Source: Bugula neritina (taxonomy: Eukaryota; Animalia; Bryozoa). Taken from it: 64,000 bases of DNA. The stretch is from contig OZ037772.1 of assembly GCA_964035545.1 (NCBI GenBank), positions 2,232,001-2,296,000 of the forward strand. The letters run 5' to 3'. The notes under the pieces were generated by a model that was not told the DNA's origin, searched no databases, and saw only the letters and a program-made list of their open reading frames with translations. A program made the position numbers and the translations under genes. Of the stretch, positions 53,958 through 64,000 are shown piece by piece; position 1 is the stretch's first letter, and each line of letters begins with the position of its first letter.

Positions 53958-54551
53958 AATTCAGCAATGCACAGATCAATAACAACAAATGATTAGAATA
54001 CCCATTGGTCATGGTTGTCCATCAACAATTGGTGAACCAGGTTTTCCATCAAGACAGCAGGTCCGGGCAGACCAGGTGGTCCAGTAACTCCAGTTGCACC
54101 AGGCTCTCCTTTAAGTCCACGCTCTCTGCTAAAGCCGTCAGTACCAGTTGGTCCTGTAATATTTGGTCACCTCTTGTCACATTCTCAGCTCATAATGTTT
54201 GGAATGAAAACCTACCGAGTTGTTAGCAGTCAATAGAAGAGTCATGTATATGAACTTTGTACCTCTTGGGCCTTTAGGTCCAACCTCTCCACGAGCACTC
54301 TTCAAGCCGACAGGGCCGACATCTCCTGGTTGACCAACTAGGCCTGTGTTTTCTTGTGGACCAGGGAATCCAGTAGGACCTGGAGGTCCGGCTGGGCCGG
54401 GTTCACCAGCAGCTCCAGCAGCACCTTTAGGTCCGGGTTCTCCGTCAAATCCATCTTCACCAGGTTTAACTGTACAACAAGATTGTATCTGAGAGTAGAA
54501 ATGTAGCATCCAGTCATAATTAGGTAATTTTACTAAATTTAATACACACAA

Positions 54552-54911
54552 TATATCTCAACTTCTTTGCTATTTTTGATAATTTAGTGACTATTGCACA
54601 TAGTTTCTTGCATTAAACCCACGGAATATTAACCAATACAGCTGAACAAACAAGGGTTTTTTTAATTTCACTTGATTTTCCATGCTCTTTCCAGTTTTTT
54701 TAGTAAATTAGGTGTGTGGATCGTGCTGGAAGAACTGCCATGGTCTACACCTAAATTTACTAAAAAACTAAAAATAAACATAGAAAATCAAGCAAAATTA
54801 GAAACAAACCCCGATTATTCAGCTGTATTTGTGAATATTCTGTTAGTTTAATGCAAGAAGCATTATAACTTAGCAGTTAAATTGGGAAAAATAGCTACGA
54901 ACTAGAGATAT
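54552..54911. repeat. Diverged foldback of about 360 bp (old MITE or inverted duplication)
   Basis: TTCTTGCATTAAAC...AATACAGCTGAA...CTTGATTTTC...TTTTTTAGTAAATT mirrors AATTTACTAAAAAA...GAAAATCAAG...TTCAGCTGTATT...GTTTAATGCAAGAA. Confidence 0.8.
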
Positions 54912-55476
54912 ATAATATATAGTGTGTGATAGATGGAGTAAAATGACTCAATTCCTCCTGTGTCACATACGAATAAGCCGTTAGCCTACTTTAACAAAAA
55001 CCTTTCAATCAGGTATTTCTCACAGAAATATGGACTATACACTTGTTTGAGTTTCCTTTTAATAGTAAAATATGTATTATATAATATATACACATATAAT
55101 AATAATAAATTACAATTGCATGATACTAATAAACATAATAATAATAAGGGAAGTGAAACTATCATCACTCACTCGTCTGCACATGGAACTGCAGAAGAAC
55201 AAGGTGAAGTGCAGATGCCCTGAGTGCAGCCATCAGGACAGTTAAGGTTGTCACTGCATGTCACAGTACAGACTCCTGAGGACATACTGTAAACCCCGTA
55301 CAGTCTGAGTCAACCTGTAATCAGTTCTCATAATCAGTAGTAGTTGATTCAGGGTATAAATTATACTGTTGGTCATGATTTACACTATAAGTTATATCAG
55401 CTATAGTACTGATAAACAGCATAGGTTATAAAGGTTAGTCATGACTCACAATATAAGTGATATCAGTTAGTCATGA

Positions 55477-55750
55477 CTGTAGATATACACTGTAGATATA
55501 CACTGTAGATACACTGTAGATATACACTGTAGATACACACTGTAGATATACACTGTAGATACACACTGTAGATATGCACTGTAGATATACACACTGTAGA
55601 TATACACACTGTAGATATACACTGTAGATATACACTGTAGATACACTCTGTAGATATATACTGTAGATACACACTATAGATACACACTGTAGATATGCAC
55701 TGTAGATACACACTGTAGATACACACTGTAGATATACTCTGTAGATACAC
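55477..55750. repeat. About 13-bp minisatellite (CACTGTAGATA[T/C]A)
   Basis: Visible tandem array. Confidence 0.92.
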
Positions 55751-56302
55751 ACTTACTAGTCATGTCAGGTACACAAGCTCCGTTGTAGTAGTGAGTACCC
55801 CCTGTACACCAACAACCTTCTTCCTCTCCACCACTGATGGTAATACACTCGGAACCTGGTATACCGGAGTTGCCGGCGCAGTCCGACACCCCATTTGACA
55901 CAGAACAACTCGGTGGTTTGGGCATGACCTTTGGATCACCATTATTATCGTATATAACCCGGCACTTCCCATACAGGCACAGACCAGAGAACCCTGCAAT
56001 GATAAGGTGAAGGTTGTCTGCCCCTGAACATCCTGTCTATTATTAGAATGGATGTCACATGCTCACTCTGACTTCTACAAAGCAATGTCTAAAAGAGCAT
56101 TATTTAACTTTCCGAATGACTTCATTGAGCTGCACTGCTACATCATGTACATTTCTGATGAACATATATCTATGTTATACCAATTCAGTGATTCTCCTGG
56201 GTTCTTGTATTATACAAACTGATGAGAGTCAGAAAGCACTTATACACTAAAAACCCATAAAATCTGGTCGGTGGCTTTCCCCAAGCATCCAACACTTGAA
56301 TA

Positions 56303-56490
56303 AAATATGGTGTAAGGATAATTTAGAATATGGTGTAAGGATAAGGTAGAATATGGTGTAAGAATAATGTAGAATATGGTGCAAAAATAAGGTGAAATAA
56401 GGTAGAATGTGGTGTAACAAATAAGAATGTAATGTAATGTAAAAAATGGTGTGCAAGAATAAGGTAAAATAGTGTAAAATATGGTGAAAG
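56303..56490. repeat. Diverged 23-bp tandem repeat (AATATGGTGTAAGGATAAGGTAG)
   Basis: About 8 decaying copies. Confidence 0.75.
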
Positions 56491-56914
56491 AATAGCAGAG
56501 AACAAAGTAAAAAAAAGATTGACTTTTTGATCATAGCTCACACCTCTAAAAATGTCTCACGTATCTAAAAATTAGCAGACGGTGCATAACATGCTAAGTT
56601 GAATTAACTATAAAACACTATATTCTAAGGAACTGAGCCTAAAAAATTATACTGAGCTAATATAATCCAGGGTTATAGAGAAAGTTAATATTGAAATTGG
56701 TGACAAGCAGAGTACAATTTTAATGAACATATTATTGTGTAGATTTTAGCTTACAATCTCAAAGTTATAGTTACTCTAAATTGCAACATAGCCACCAAGT
56801 CATGGGAATTTCATACTGAAGTCGAGGGCTCTGGAATTGACAAACATTTTAGTTGTTGTTGGTTCGGCAGTTGGAGTAGCAGTTGGAGTGGCAGCGGGTG
56901 GTGGTGGAGGCGGT

Positions 56915-56981
56915 GGTAGTGGTAGTAGTGGTAGTAGTAGTAGCAGCTGTAGTAGTAGTAGTAGTGGTAGTAGTAGTAGTG

Positions 56982-57014
<33 letters not shown>

Positions 57015-58642
57015 ATAGTGGTTGTAGTAGTGGTAGTAGTAGTAGTGTAGTAGTGGTATTTGTAGTAGTAGTAGTTGAAGGAGTAGTAGTAGTGGTAGTA
57101 GTAGTAGTGGTAGTGGTAGTGTAGTAGTGGTAGTTGTAGTAGTAGTAGTTGAAGGAGTAGTAGTAGTGGTAGTAGTAGTAGTGGTGGTGATAGTAGCAGT
57201 AGTGGTAGTAGTAGTGGTTGTTGAAGGAGTAGTAGTAGTGGTTGTAGTGGTGGTGGTAGTAGTGGGAGTTGTAGTGGTATTAGTAGTAGTAGCAGCTGTA
57301 GTAGTAGTTGAAGGAGTAGTGGTAGTTGAAGGAGTAGTAGTAGTGGTTGTAGTGGTGGTGGTAGTAGTAGTGGTTGTTGAAGGAGTAGTAGTAGTGGTTG
57401 TAGTGGTGGTGGTAGTAGTGGTGGTGGTAGTAGTGGTGGTGGTAGTAGTAGCAGCTGTAGCAGTAGTAGTTGAAGGAGTAGAAGTAGTGGTAGTAGTAGT
57501 AGTGGTAGTAGTAGTAGTGGTAGTAGTAGTAGTAGTAATAGTGGTTGTAGTAGTGGTAGTAGTAGTGTAGTAGTGGTATTTGTAGTAGTAGTAGTTGAAG
57601 GAGTAGTAGTAGTGGTAGTAGTAGTAGTGGTAGTGGTAGTGTAGTAGTGGTAGTTGTAGTAGTAGTAGTTGAAGGAGTAGTAGTAGTGGTAGTAGTAGTA
57701 GTGGTGGTGATAGTAGCAGTAGTGGTAGTAGTAGTGGTTGTTGAAGGAGTAGTAGTAGTGGTTGTAGTGGTGGTGGTAGTAGTGGTGGTGGTAGTAGTGG
57801 TGGTGGTAGTAGTAGCAGCTGTAGCAGTAGTAGTTGAAGGAGTAGAAGTAGTGGTAGTAGTAGTAGTAGTGGTAGTAGTAGTAGTGGTAGTAGTAGTAGT
57901 AGTAATAGTGGTTGTAGTAGTGGTAGTAGTAGTGTAGTAGTGGTATTTGTAGTAGTAGCAGCTGTAGTAGTAGTTGAAGGAGTAGTGGTAGTTGAAGGAG
58001 TAGTAGTAGTGGTTGTAGTGGTGGTGGTAGTAGTAGTGGTTGTTGAAGGAGTAGTAGTAGTGGTTGTAGTGGTGGTGGTAGTAGTGGTGGTGGTAGTAGT
58101 GGTGGTGGTAGTAGTAGCAGCTGTAGCAGTAGTAGTTGAAGGAGTAGAAGTAGTGGTAGTAGTAGTAGTGGTAGTAGTAGTAGTGGTAGTAGTAGTAGTA
58201 GTAATAGTGGTTGTAGTAGTGGTAGTAGTGGTATTTGTAGTAGTAGTAGTTGAAGGAGTAGTAGTAGTGGTAGTAGTAGTAGTGGTAGTGGTAGTGTAGT
58301 AGTGGTAGTTGTAGTAGTAGTAGTTGAAGGAGTAGTAGTAGTGGTAGTAGTAGTAGTGGTGGTGATAGTAGCAGTAGTGGTAGTAGTAGTGGTTGTTGAA
58401 GGAGTAGTAGTAGTGGTTGTAGTGGTGGTGGTAGTAGTGATGGTGGTAGTAGTGGTGGCGGTAGTAGTAGCAGCTGTAGCAGTAGTAGTTGAAGGAGTAG
58501 TAGTAGTGGTTGTTGAAGGAGTAGTAGTAGTAGTAGTGGTAGTAGTGGTAGTAGTGGTAGTAGTAGTGGTAGTAGTAGTAGTGGTAGTAGTAGTAGTGGT
58601 GGTAATAGTAGCAGTAGTGGTAGTAGTAGTGGTAGTTGAAGG

Positions 58643-58687
<45 letters not shown>

Positions 58688-59002
58688 GGTAGTAGTAGTG
58701 GTAGTAGTAGTAGTGGTGGTAATAGTAGCAGTAGTGGTAGTAGTAGTGGTAATTGAAGGAGTAGTAGTAGTGGTTGTAGTGGTGGTGGTAGTAGTGGTGG
58801 TGGTAGTAGTGGTGGTGGTAGTAGTAGTGGTAGTAGTAGTAGTGGTAGTAGTGGTAGTAGTAGTAGTAGTAGTAGTAGTAGTTGAAGGAGTAGTAGTTGT
58901 GGTAGTAGTAGTGGTGGTGGTAGTTGTGGAGATGGTATTAGTAGTGGTAGTAGTGGTGGTGGTGGTGGTAGTAGCAGTAGTAGTGGTGGTGGTGGTAGTA
59001 GC

Positions 59003-59045
<43 letters not shown>

Positions 59046-59068
59046 ATAGTGGTAGTAGTAGTAGTGGT
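56915..59068. repeat. (GTA/GTG)n trinucleotide array with GTTGAAGGA spacers and duplicated higher-order blocks
   Basis: Visible directly; reads poly-Thr with Pro-Ser on the minus strand. Confidence 0.95.
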
Positions 59069-59809
59069 TGGTCCTGGTTTCAGAACAAACAAAATTTCGA
59101 AAAACAAATACAAAAAATAAATTTGAATTATGACAATAGTATTGATTTTAAGCCTAAACATTGTTTTTAGTAACACTAATGATACATCAAGAACACTAAT
59201 GCTAACAAGAGTATTTTATAGACAATCACATAAAACTATAGTCACCTTAACATTATTATACATCCATTTACAGAATAAAAGTTATTATTGCTAGAGTATG
59301 CAATACCTAGAAATACATAAAATTTACTGAACATACAAATTGATAATCAAACAAACAAATGAATTGCAAGTAAGAACTATCATCATTTTCCCCATATGAT
59401 CACCAGTATTCAACATACTAATACTCATTTAAAATTGTTTCTACCTGCAAGTTTGAAAAGCAAAAGACCAAAGTTTAGTATTACTATCAATGTCTATTGC
59501 AATATGAGTTAACGTTATGACTATGATTATGATCATTACAATAATTAATATAATTTTAATTGTTTGAACAAACTATATTAATTTTAATTTTTAAGTTTCA
59601 AAATAAAATTAAACTTCAACGTCAATATGAATAATTTAAATTTGATTTGCAGTCTGAGTCCCATTCACTGGAAGTGTTGAACTAAAACTAAAAGTAAATC
59701 ACTTAAACTTAAATGATAATCACAATGATAATGAATAACGAGTGATATTGATAATCATGATAAACACATCAATATATCTACACAATCACAGTAAACTGTT
59801 AGTTAATGT

Positions 59810-62800
59810 TATCTTGATCTTGATTGGGTTAAGTCCCAAGACCTCTCGGAGAGAGTAATTGTGGGGCTCTCGGATCTTTCCAGGCTCAAAAGTCCGCTAC
59901 TATCTCCCCCGTATGGAGCTCCCGGACAGTGCGCACCAGGAAACCCTGCAGGTACAGGCTCCAATCGCAGGCTATAGCATTGCAAGTCTTAATACGGGTA
60001 TTCATGTCATGGGTTGAGGATTTCATTGATTTAAGTGTGTTATGTAAGGTTGGAAATAAATCATCATTAACAGTAATCTGACAAAACAAAGAAATTCTTT
60101 GTGATTGTCTGCGCTTTCTTAATGTTTCCAGGCCTATCCCAGCAATATCCCAAGGTATTTTACAACTCCAACTCTATTCAGGGGATCTTTTCCAAATTTA
60201 TAAGTGAAGACATTTTCCATATTTTCTGTTTTCTTACCAAAGGTGATGACATTACTTTTCTTTGAGTTAAACTTCATATTGTTTTCTTTTGCCCACCTAT
60301 ATAGTCTAGAGATATCCCTGTAGGTTATGAAGGTCATTTGCATCAGTAATGGGCGGATAGACAAGAGTGTCATGAGCAAAAAGTCTGATTGTACTGTGTG
60401 TAACGCAGTTTACAATGTCATTAATAAGCAAAACGAATAATGTTGGACCCAGCACATTTCCTTGTGGAACCCCGGAAGTCACTGGTGTTAAATCCGAAGA
60501 TACCCCATCAATGACCACTCGTTGTGAGCGTCCAGTTAAAAATGATGATACTTATCAGATAATACAGGGGTTTATTTTTTTAACAATATAATTTTGTTTA
60601 CAAGAATATGATGGTCAATTACATCAAAGGCTTCAGAAAAATCCAGCACAACTGCATCTACAAAATGTCCTTTATCTATATGCCTTAATATATCATGGTT
60701 GACGGTAGCAAGCTGAGTAACACATAAAAAGTTGCGGCGAAAACCATGTTGGCTTTCATGTATGAAATTTTCCAATTGTGTGTTTAAATGATGCAGAACC
60801 ACATGTTCAAGAATTTTACAACAAATGCACGTTAGTGATACTGGTCGATAGTTGGAAACTAGAGTGCGGTTACCTTGTTTAAACACAGGTGTTACATTTG
60901 CAGTCTTCCAGTCATCCGGCACTATTCCTGTACTGAATGAATGATTCAAAATACACACCAGTATTTCTGCTGTTCGATCTAAGTCTACTGTGAGATAGTT
61001 CTTTGTGAATTCATCTACCCCAGGAGCTTTACCTTGCACAAGTTGTCTCAGCAGGTTTACAGCTCCTTCTTTAGTTACCACTATATTATGTTTCTCAGCG
61101 ACTGATGGTAATTCTGTTAAAGGTGATGGAGTGGTAATCACACTGTAGAAAAAACCATTCAGAGTGTTAGATATCTTAGTTTTATCGTGCATCAAAATAT
61201 CACCATTATTTTCTATGGAAGTAATCTCATGATCATTCCCTTTTAGGTCTTTAACATGTTAGTAAAACGGTTTTGTGTAGCCACTGGAAAGAGGTTGGTA
61301 TAGACGATTCACCAGAAAAGATACTTTTAGCTTTCTAAACAATTTTTTATTATGGCGACGTAATTCTTTTATTTAGTCAAGTGATCAGCATCACCAGACT
61401 TTTGAAAGCGGTTGTAGAACTTTCGCTGTTTCTAACATGCCCGCCTGGCTTCATCATTAAACCAGAGAGGCTCATGTAGATTTCTAGGCTTACGTTGTTT
61501 AGTTGGGACATATGAATCAACAAGTATATGTAATTCAGTCTGAAATGTATTCCATATAACATTAATATCATATTTCAGCATCACTTTGTTTTTAATAGTG
61601 TAAAGCAACTCGTCTAGACCAGTTGTAAACCCGCCGAGTTCGAAACTCGATTTTGTAAAATAGCTTGATGGGGGATAGGTGGTTTCTTCTTCTGTTTAAC
61701 TTTACCAGTCAAGACCGTTTCTATCATGGAATGGTTGCTAATACCCTGTGTTATTATATTTGTGCTTTAAACTTTATATGACAAGTCAGTACAGATGAGA
61801 TCTAATATATTGCCTGCTACGTGCGTATAATTATGAAAAAGTTGTTAGAAAATTACAAAAGTCAGTATAGTATATCCTCCAACAAGTTGAAAGACCAGTA
61901 TTTTCCCCAATTGATTCCTGGAAGGTTAAATTCACCAGTTATGAGTATTTAGTGTGAATATTTTCCATGTACTCAAAGAATAAGTTCATAACACATGAAG
62001 AAGGGGGTCTATAATAGCAAGTAAGATTGCAATATTCCTTGCTATCCAATCTAAAACATACTGTGATTACTTCTGCTTCTGTTTCACACCTGATTAGCTT
62101 ATGGGGAATTCCTACATTTATGGCAATCAATACACCACCTCCGTGCGAGTCACGGGTTTTTCTATATACTACTTTGTCTTTGGGAGAAAAAAATTGAGAA
62201 TTCAAAAATGCATTATCTAGGTGTGTTTCAGTGATACAAATGATATTGTATTCAACGGATAGGGTTTGAATCTCCGATATTTTCCCCTTTACTGATCTTG
62301 CATTTACAGATAATATTCTTCGATTACTATCTTCCCGTTTGTTATCTTGTACTTGTTTTCTGGATTTTTCTGCCTCAATTCCCTAAGCTCGCTTCTCAGT
62401 TGAAAATCTATTTCTTGTTCCTCTTTATTCCAGTCAAGACGAGCAAAGACTCCTTCTATTTTCTGAACGTTGATTCGTTTTAGAAATTCCCATTTTTGAA
62501 CTTCTGAAGCTAATGTTAGTTTCATGGGTCAAATCTTGTTAAATTTTTTTGTCCTAATCTTGCGGCATTATCTCTTGCTGCGCAAAATCTGAGACTACAT
62601 GAATCTAAAACTTCTGAGAGTTTACCTATGGATTCATCTAAAGTAGTGTCGTGTTCCTCGGAAATTCTAAAAACTATGATATTTTTAGCTCTGCTTTCAC
62701 TAGAAATCTCTATTTTGGTAGATTTAATTTGAACTTCTTGGTTTTTTAGTTGCCTATTTATTGTTGTAGTGGAGTCTTCCAGTCTTGCAACTACCGAAGC

Positions 62801-63330
62801 AAATGTTTTCTCACTTCTGGAAACATGATTCTCAAATAAGCTAGTTAGTTGAGATTCCACAGCAGTCATGAGATTATTAAATGAATCCATTACTTGAACA
62901 TAACTTTTTTCAATGTGGGATTCAACAGCTTGAAGTCTGGTTATGAAATTTGGGAATGCCACAGCTTCACATTGGTCACAAAACCAATGAGTACCCTTCT
63001 TCGTATTGGTGTTTAGATCTTGCTTTATAAGATCAGTACAGTCTAAATGAAACCAAGTGAGACAAGTTTCACACTCAATTGACAGGGTACCTTCATCTTC
63101 ATTATCTATTTTTTAGTACACTTTTCACACACTGCCTGAGGCACAGTAGGTTCTGGGGTAGAATTAAGTATAGCACTGTGCCTCTGGGTGCATTTAGCTG
63201 TTGATGAGTTAGTACTTGAGGTTGAGTCTGACCTTTTAGGTTTCGTCATATTATTTTTTTTTTGAAAATATTCAAAGACAGGTTCAGGTTTTAATTTTTT
63301 ATCAGATAATTTTAGTAAATATTAACTCTA
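59810..63330 (-). mobile_element. Near full-length but inactivated CR1/L2-group LINE: PHD-finger ORF1 (ATG at 63249) and APE+RT ORF2
   Basis: ORF1: CEKC...IECETCLTWFHLDC...HWFCDQC, then NIIVF. ORF2: IICITETHL, GGGVLI, YYRPP, NYRPVSLTCICCKILE, QHGFRR, LDFSEAFD, SGVPQGNVLGP, LFAHDT (FADD mutated), KYLGI. Tail (ATCAAG)n; many stops and frameshifts. Confidence 0.93.
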
Positions 63331-63680
63331 AGGAGTAGTAAATAAATAAATAAATAAATAGTGTTACTAGTCAGAGACAGACAGAGTTAAGCCCTGGCCA
63401 CACGATCGTGAGAATCACACGAAATCGTCTATTTGACACGAAAAAACATTCGTACGAGAAAATTTGAGGGAATTCAAACGAAATCGTCATCGTTGGGTGT
63501 GCACAACGATGACGATGGACGAAAAATCACAATCGACGATAAGTACCATTTGATTGGTCAATAGAATTTTAGCAACAGTGATTATTTCATTTCTACTAAG
63601 TTTCTCTATTTGGCAATGTTCTGCTGCTTGTATCTCGTGCAAGACTCATTCACGGACTAATAAAAATGACTTGTTGCCAT

Positions 63681-64000
63681 CAAAGTGGTATATATTAAGG
63701 GTATATATATATATATATATCAAATGCACGCCAAATGATTACTACAAATTTCAAAAATAGCATAAATTAAGTAGTATTACTATGCCTATTTGCTTCCAAT
63801 TTACTAGTCTTACATTTATAGCAACTGTAAAGTATTTTGCGTAAAATAGCTATTGCAAGCATTATTCAATTCATATTCACATGGTAATCACAGCGAAGCT
63901 TAAACTTTATAGCTTTGTATTTTCATGCATGAGTGAGTTTTAAATTTTTTTTAAATTTTATATGCATAAAAAATGTTTTCAAAAACTTTACCAATAAACA
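63681..64000. mobile_element. Second copy of the 24354-26765 foldback family (cut by the window end)
   Basis: TIR-like CAAAGTGGTATATATTAAGGG, a short (TA)n, then sequence closely matching arm 26325-26600. Confidence 0.85.

Larger units (their letters stand above)
55173..59073 (-). pseudogene. Thr-rich mucin-like exon (about 59073-56848) followed by two Cys-rich exons (55993-55757; about 55314-55173)
   Basis: PT(n)/TPST repeats end in AATPTATPTAEPTTTK. One exon reads FSGLCLYGKCRV...CSVSNGVSDCAG...ECITI..GCWCTGGTHYYNGACVP. The next reads VDSDCTGFTVC/SSGVCTVTCSDNLNCPDGCTQGICTSPC with a frameshift. The Thr array has repeated frameshifts. Confidence 0.55.

Noticed and set aside
48547-54012. 1811-, 1815-, 1293- and 698-aa ORFs as real proteins
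   Set aside because: They are by-products of a stop-free 18-bp unit open on both strands, with no unique domain, inside a collagen intron.
56837-59120. Plus-strand poly-Val ORFs
   Set aside because: They are the antisense reading of the Thr-codon array.

Overview
This is AT-rich animal (invertebrate) genomic DNA with GT-AG spliceosomal introns; no prokaryotic features were found. One gene appears intact: a 7-coding-exon, 619-aa TRIM-like gene (RING, two B-boxes, coiled coil, NHL-like propeller) on the minus strand at 24040-34925. It sits among decayed, intron-containing gene remnants. On the plus strand these are an ATAT1/MEC-17 exon, a motor-less KIF14 fragment and an N-terminal valyl-tRNA synthetase fragment. 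On the minus strand they are a Thr-rich mucin-like/Cys-rich fragment and a clade-A-like fibrillar collagen with scrambled exon order: a 2.1-kb intron-containing Gly-X-Y block, bounded by an exact 21-bp direct repeat, lies between its C-propeptide exons. Mobile DNA is abundant: a 2.4-kb hAT-type foldback element with a (TA)-rich core, Charlie/hAT, Kolobok-like and Harbinger-like MITEs, short Helitron candidates, tRNA-derived SINEs, a Penelope GIY-YIG fragment, a LINE 3' fragment and a near full-length PHD-ORF1 CR1/L2-type LINE. There are many minisatellites, including a 5.4-kb 18-bp array that produces the spurious giant ORFs. All homology calls come from motifs I recognise by eye, not from database searches. 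Some coordinates are approximate.
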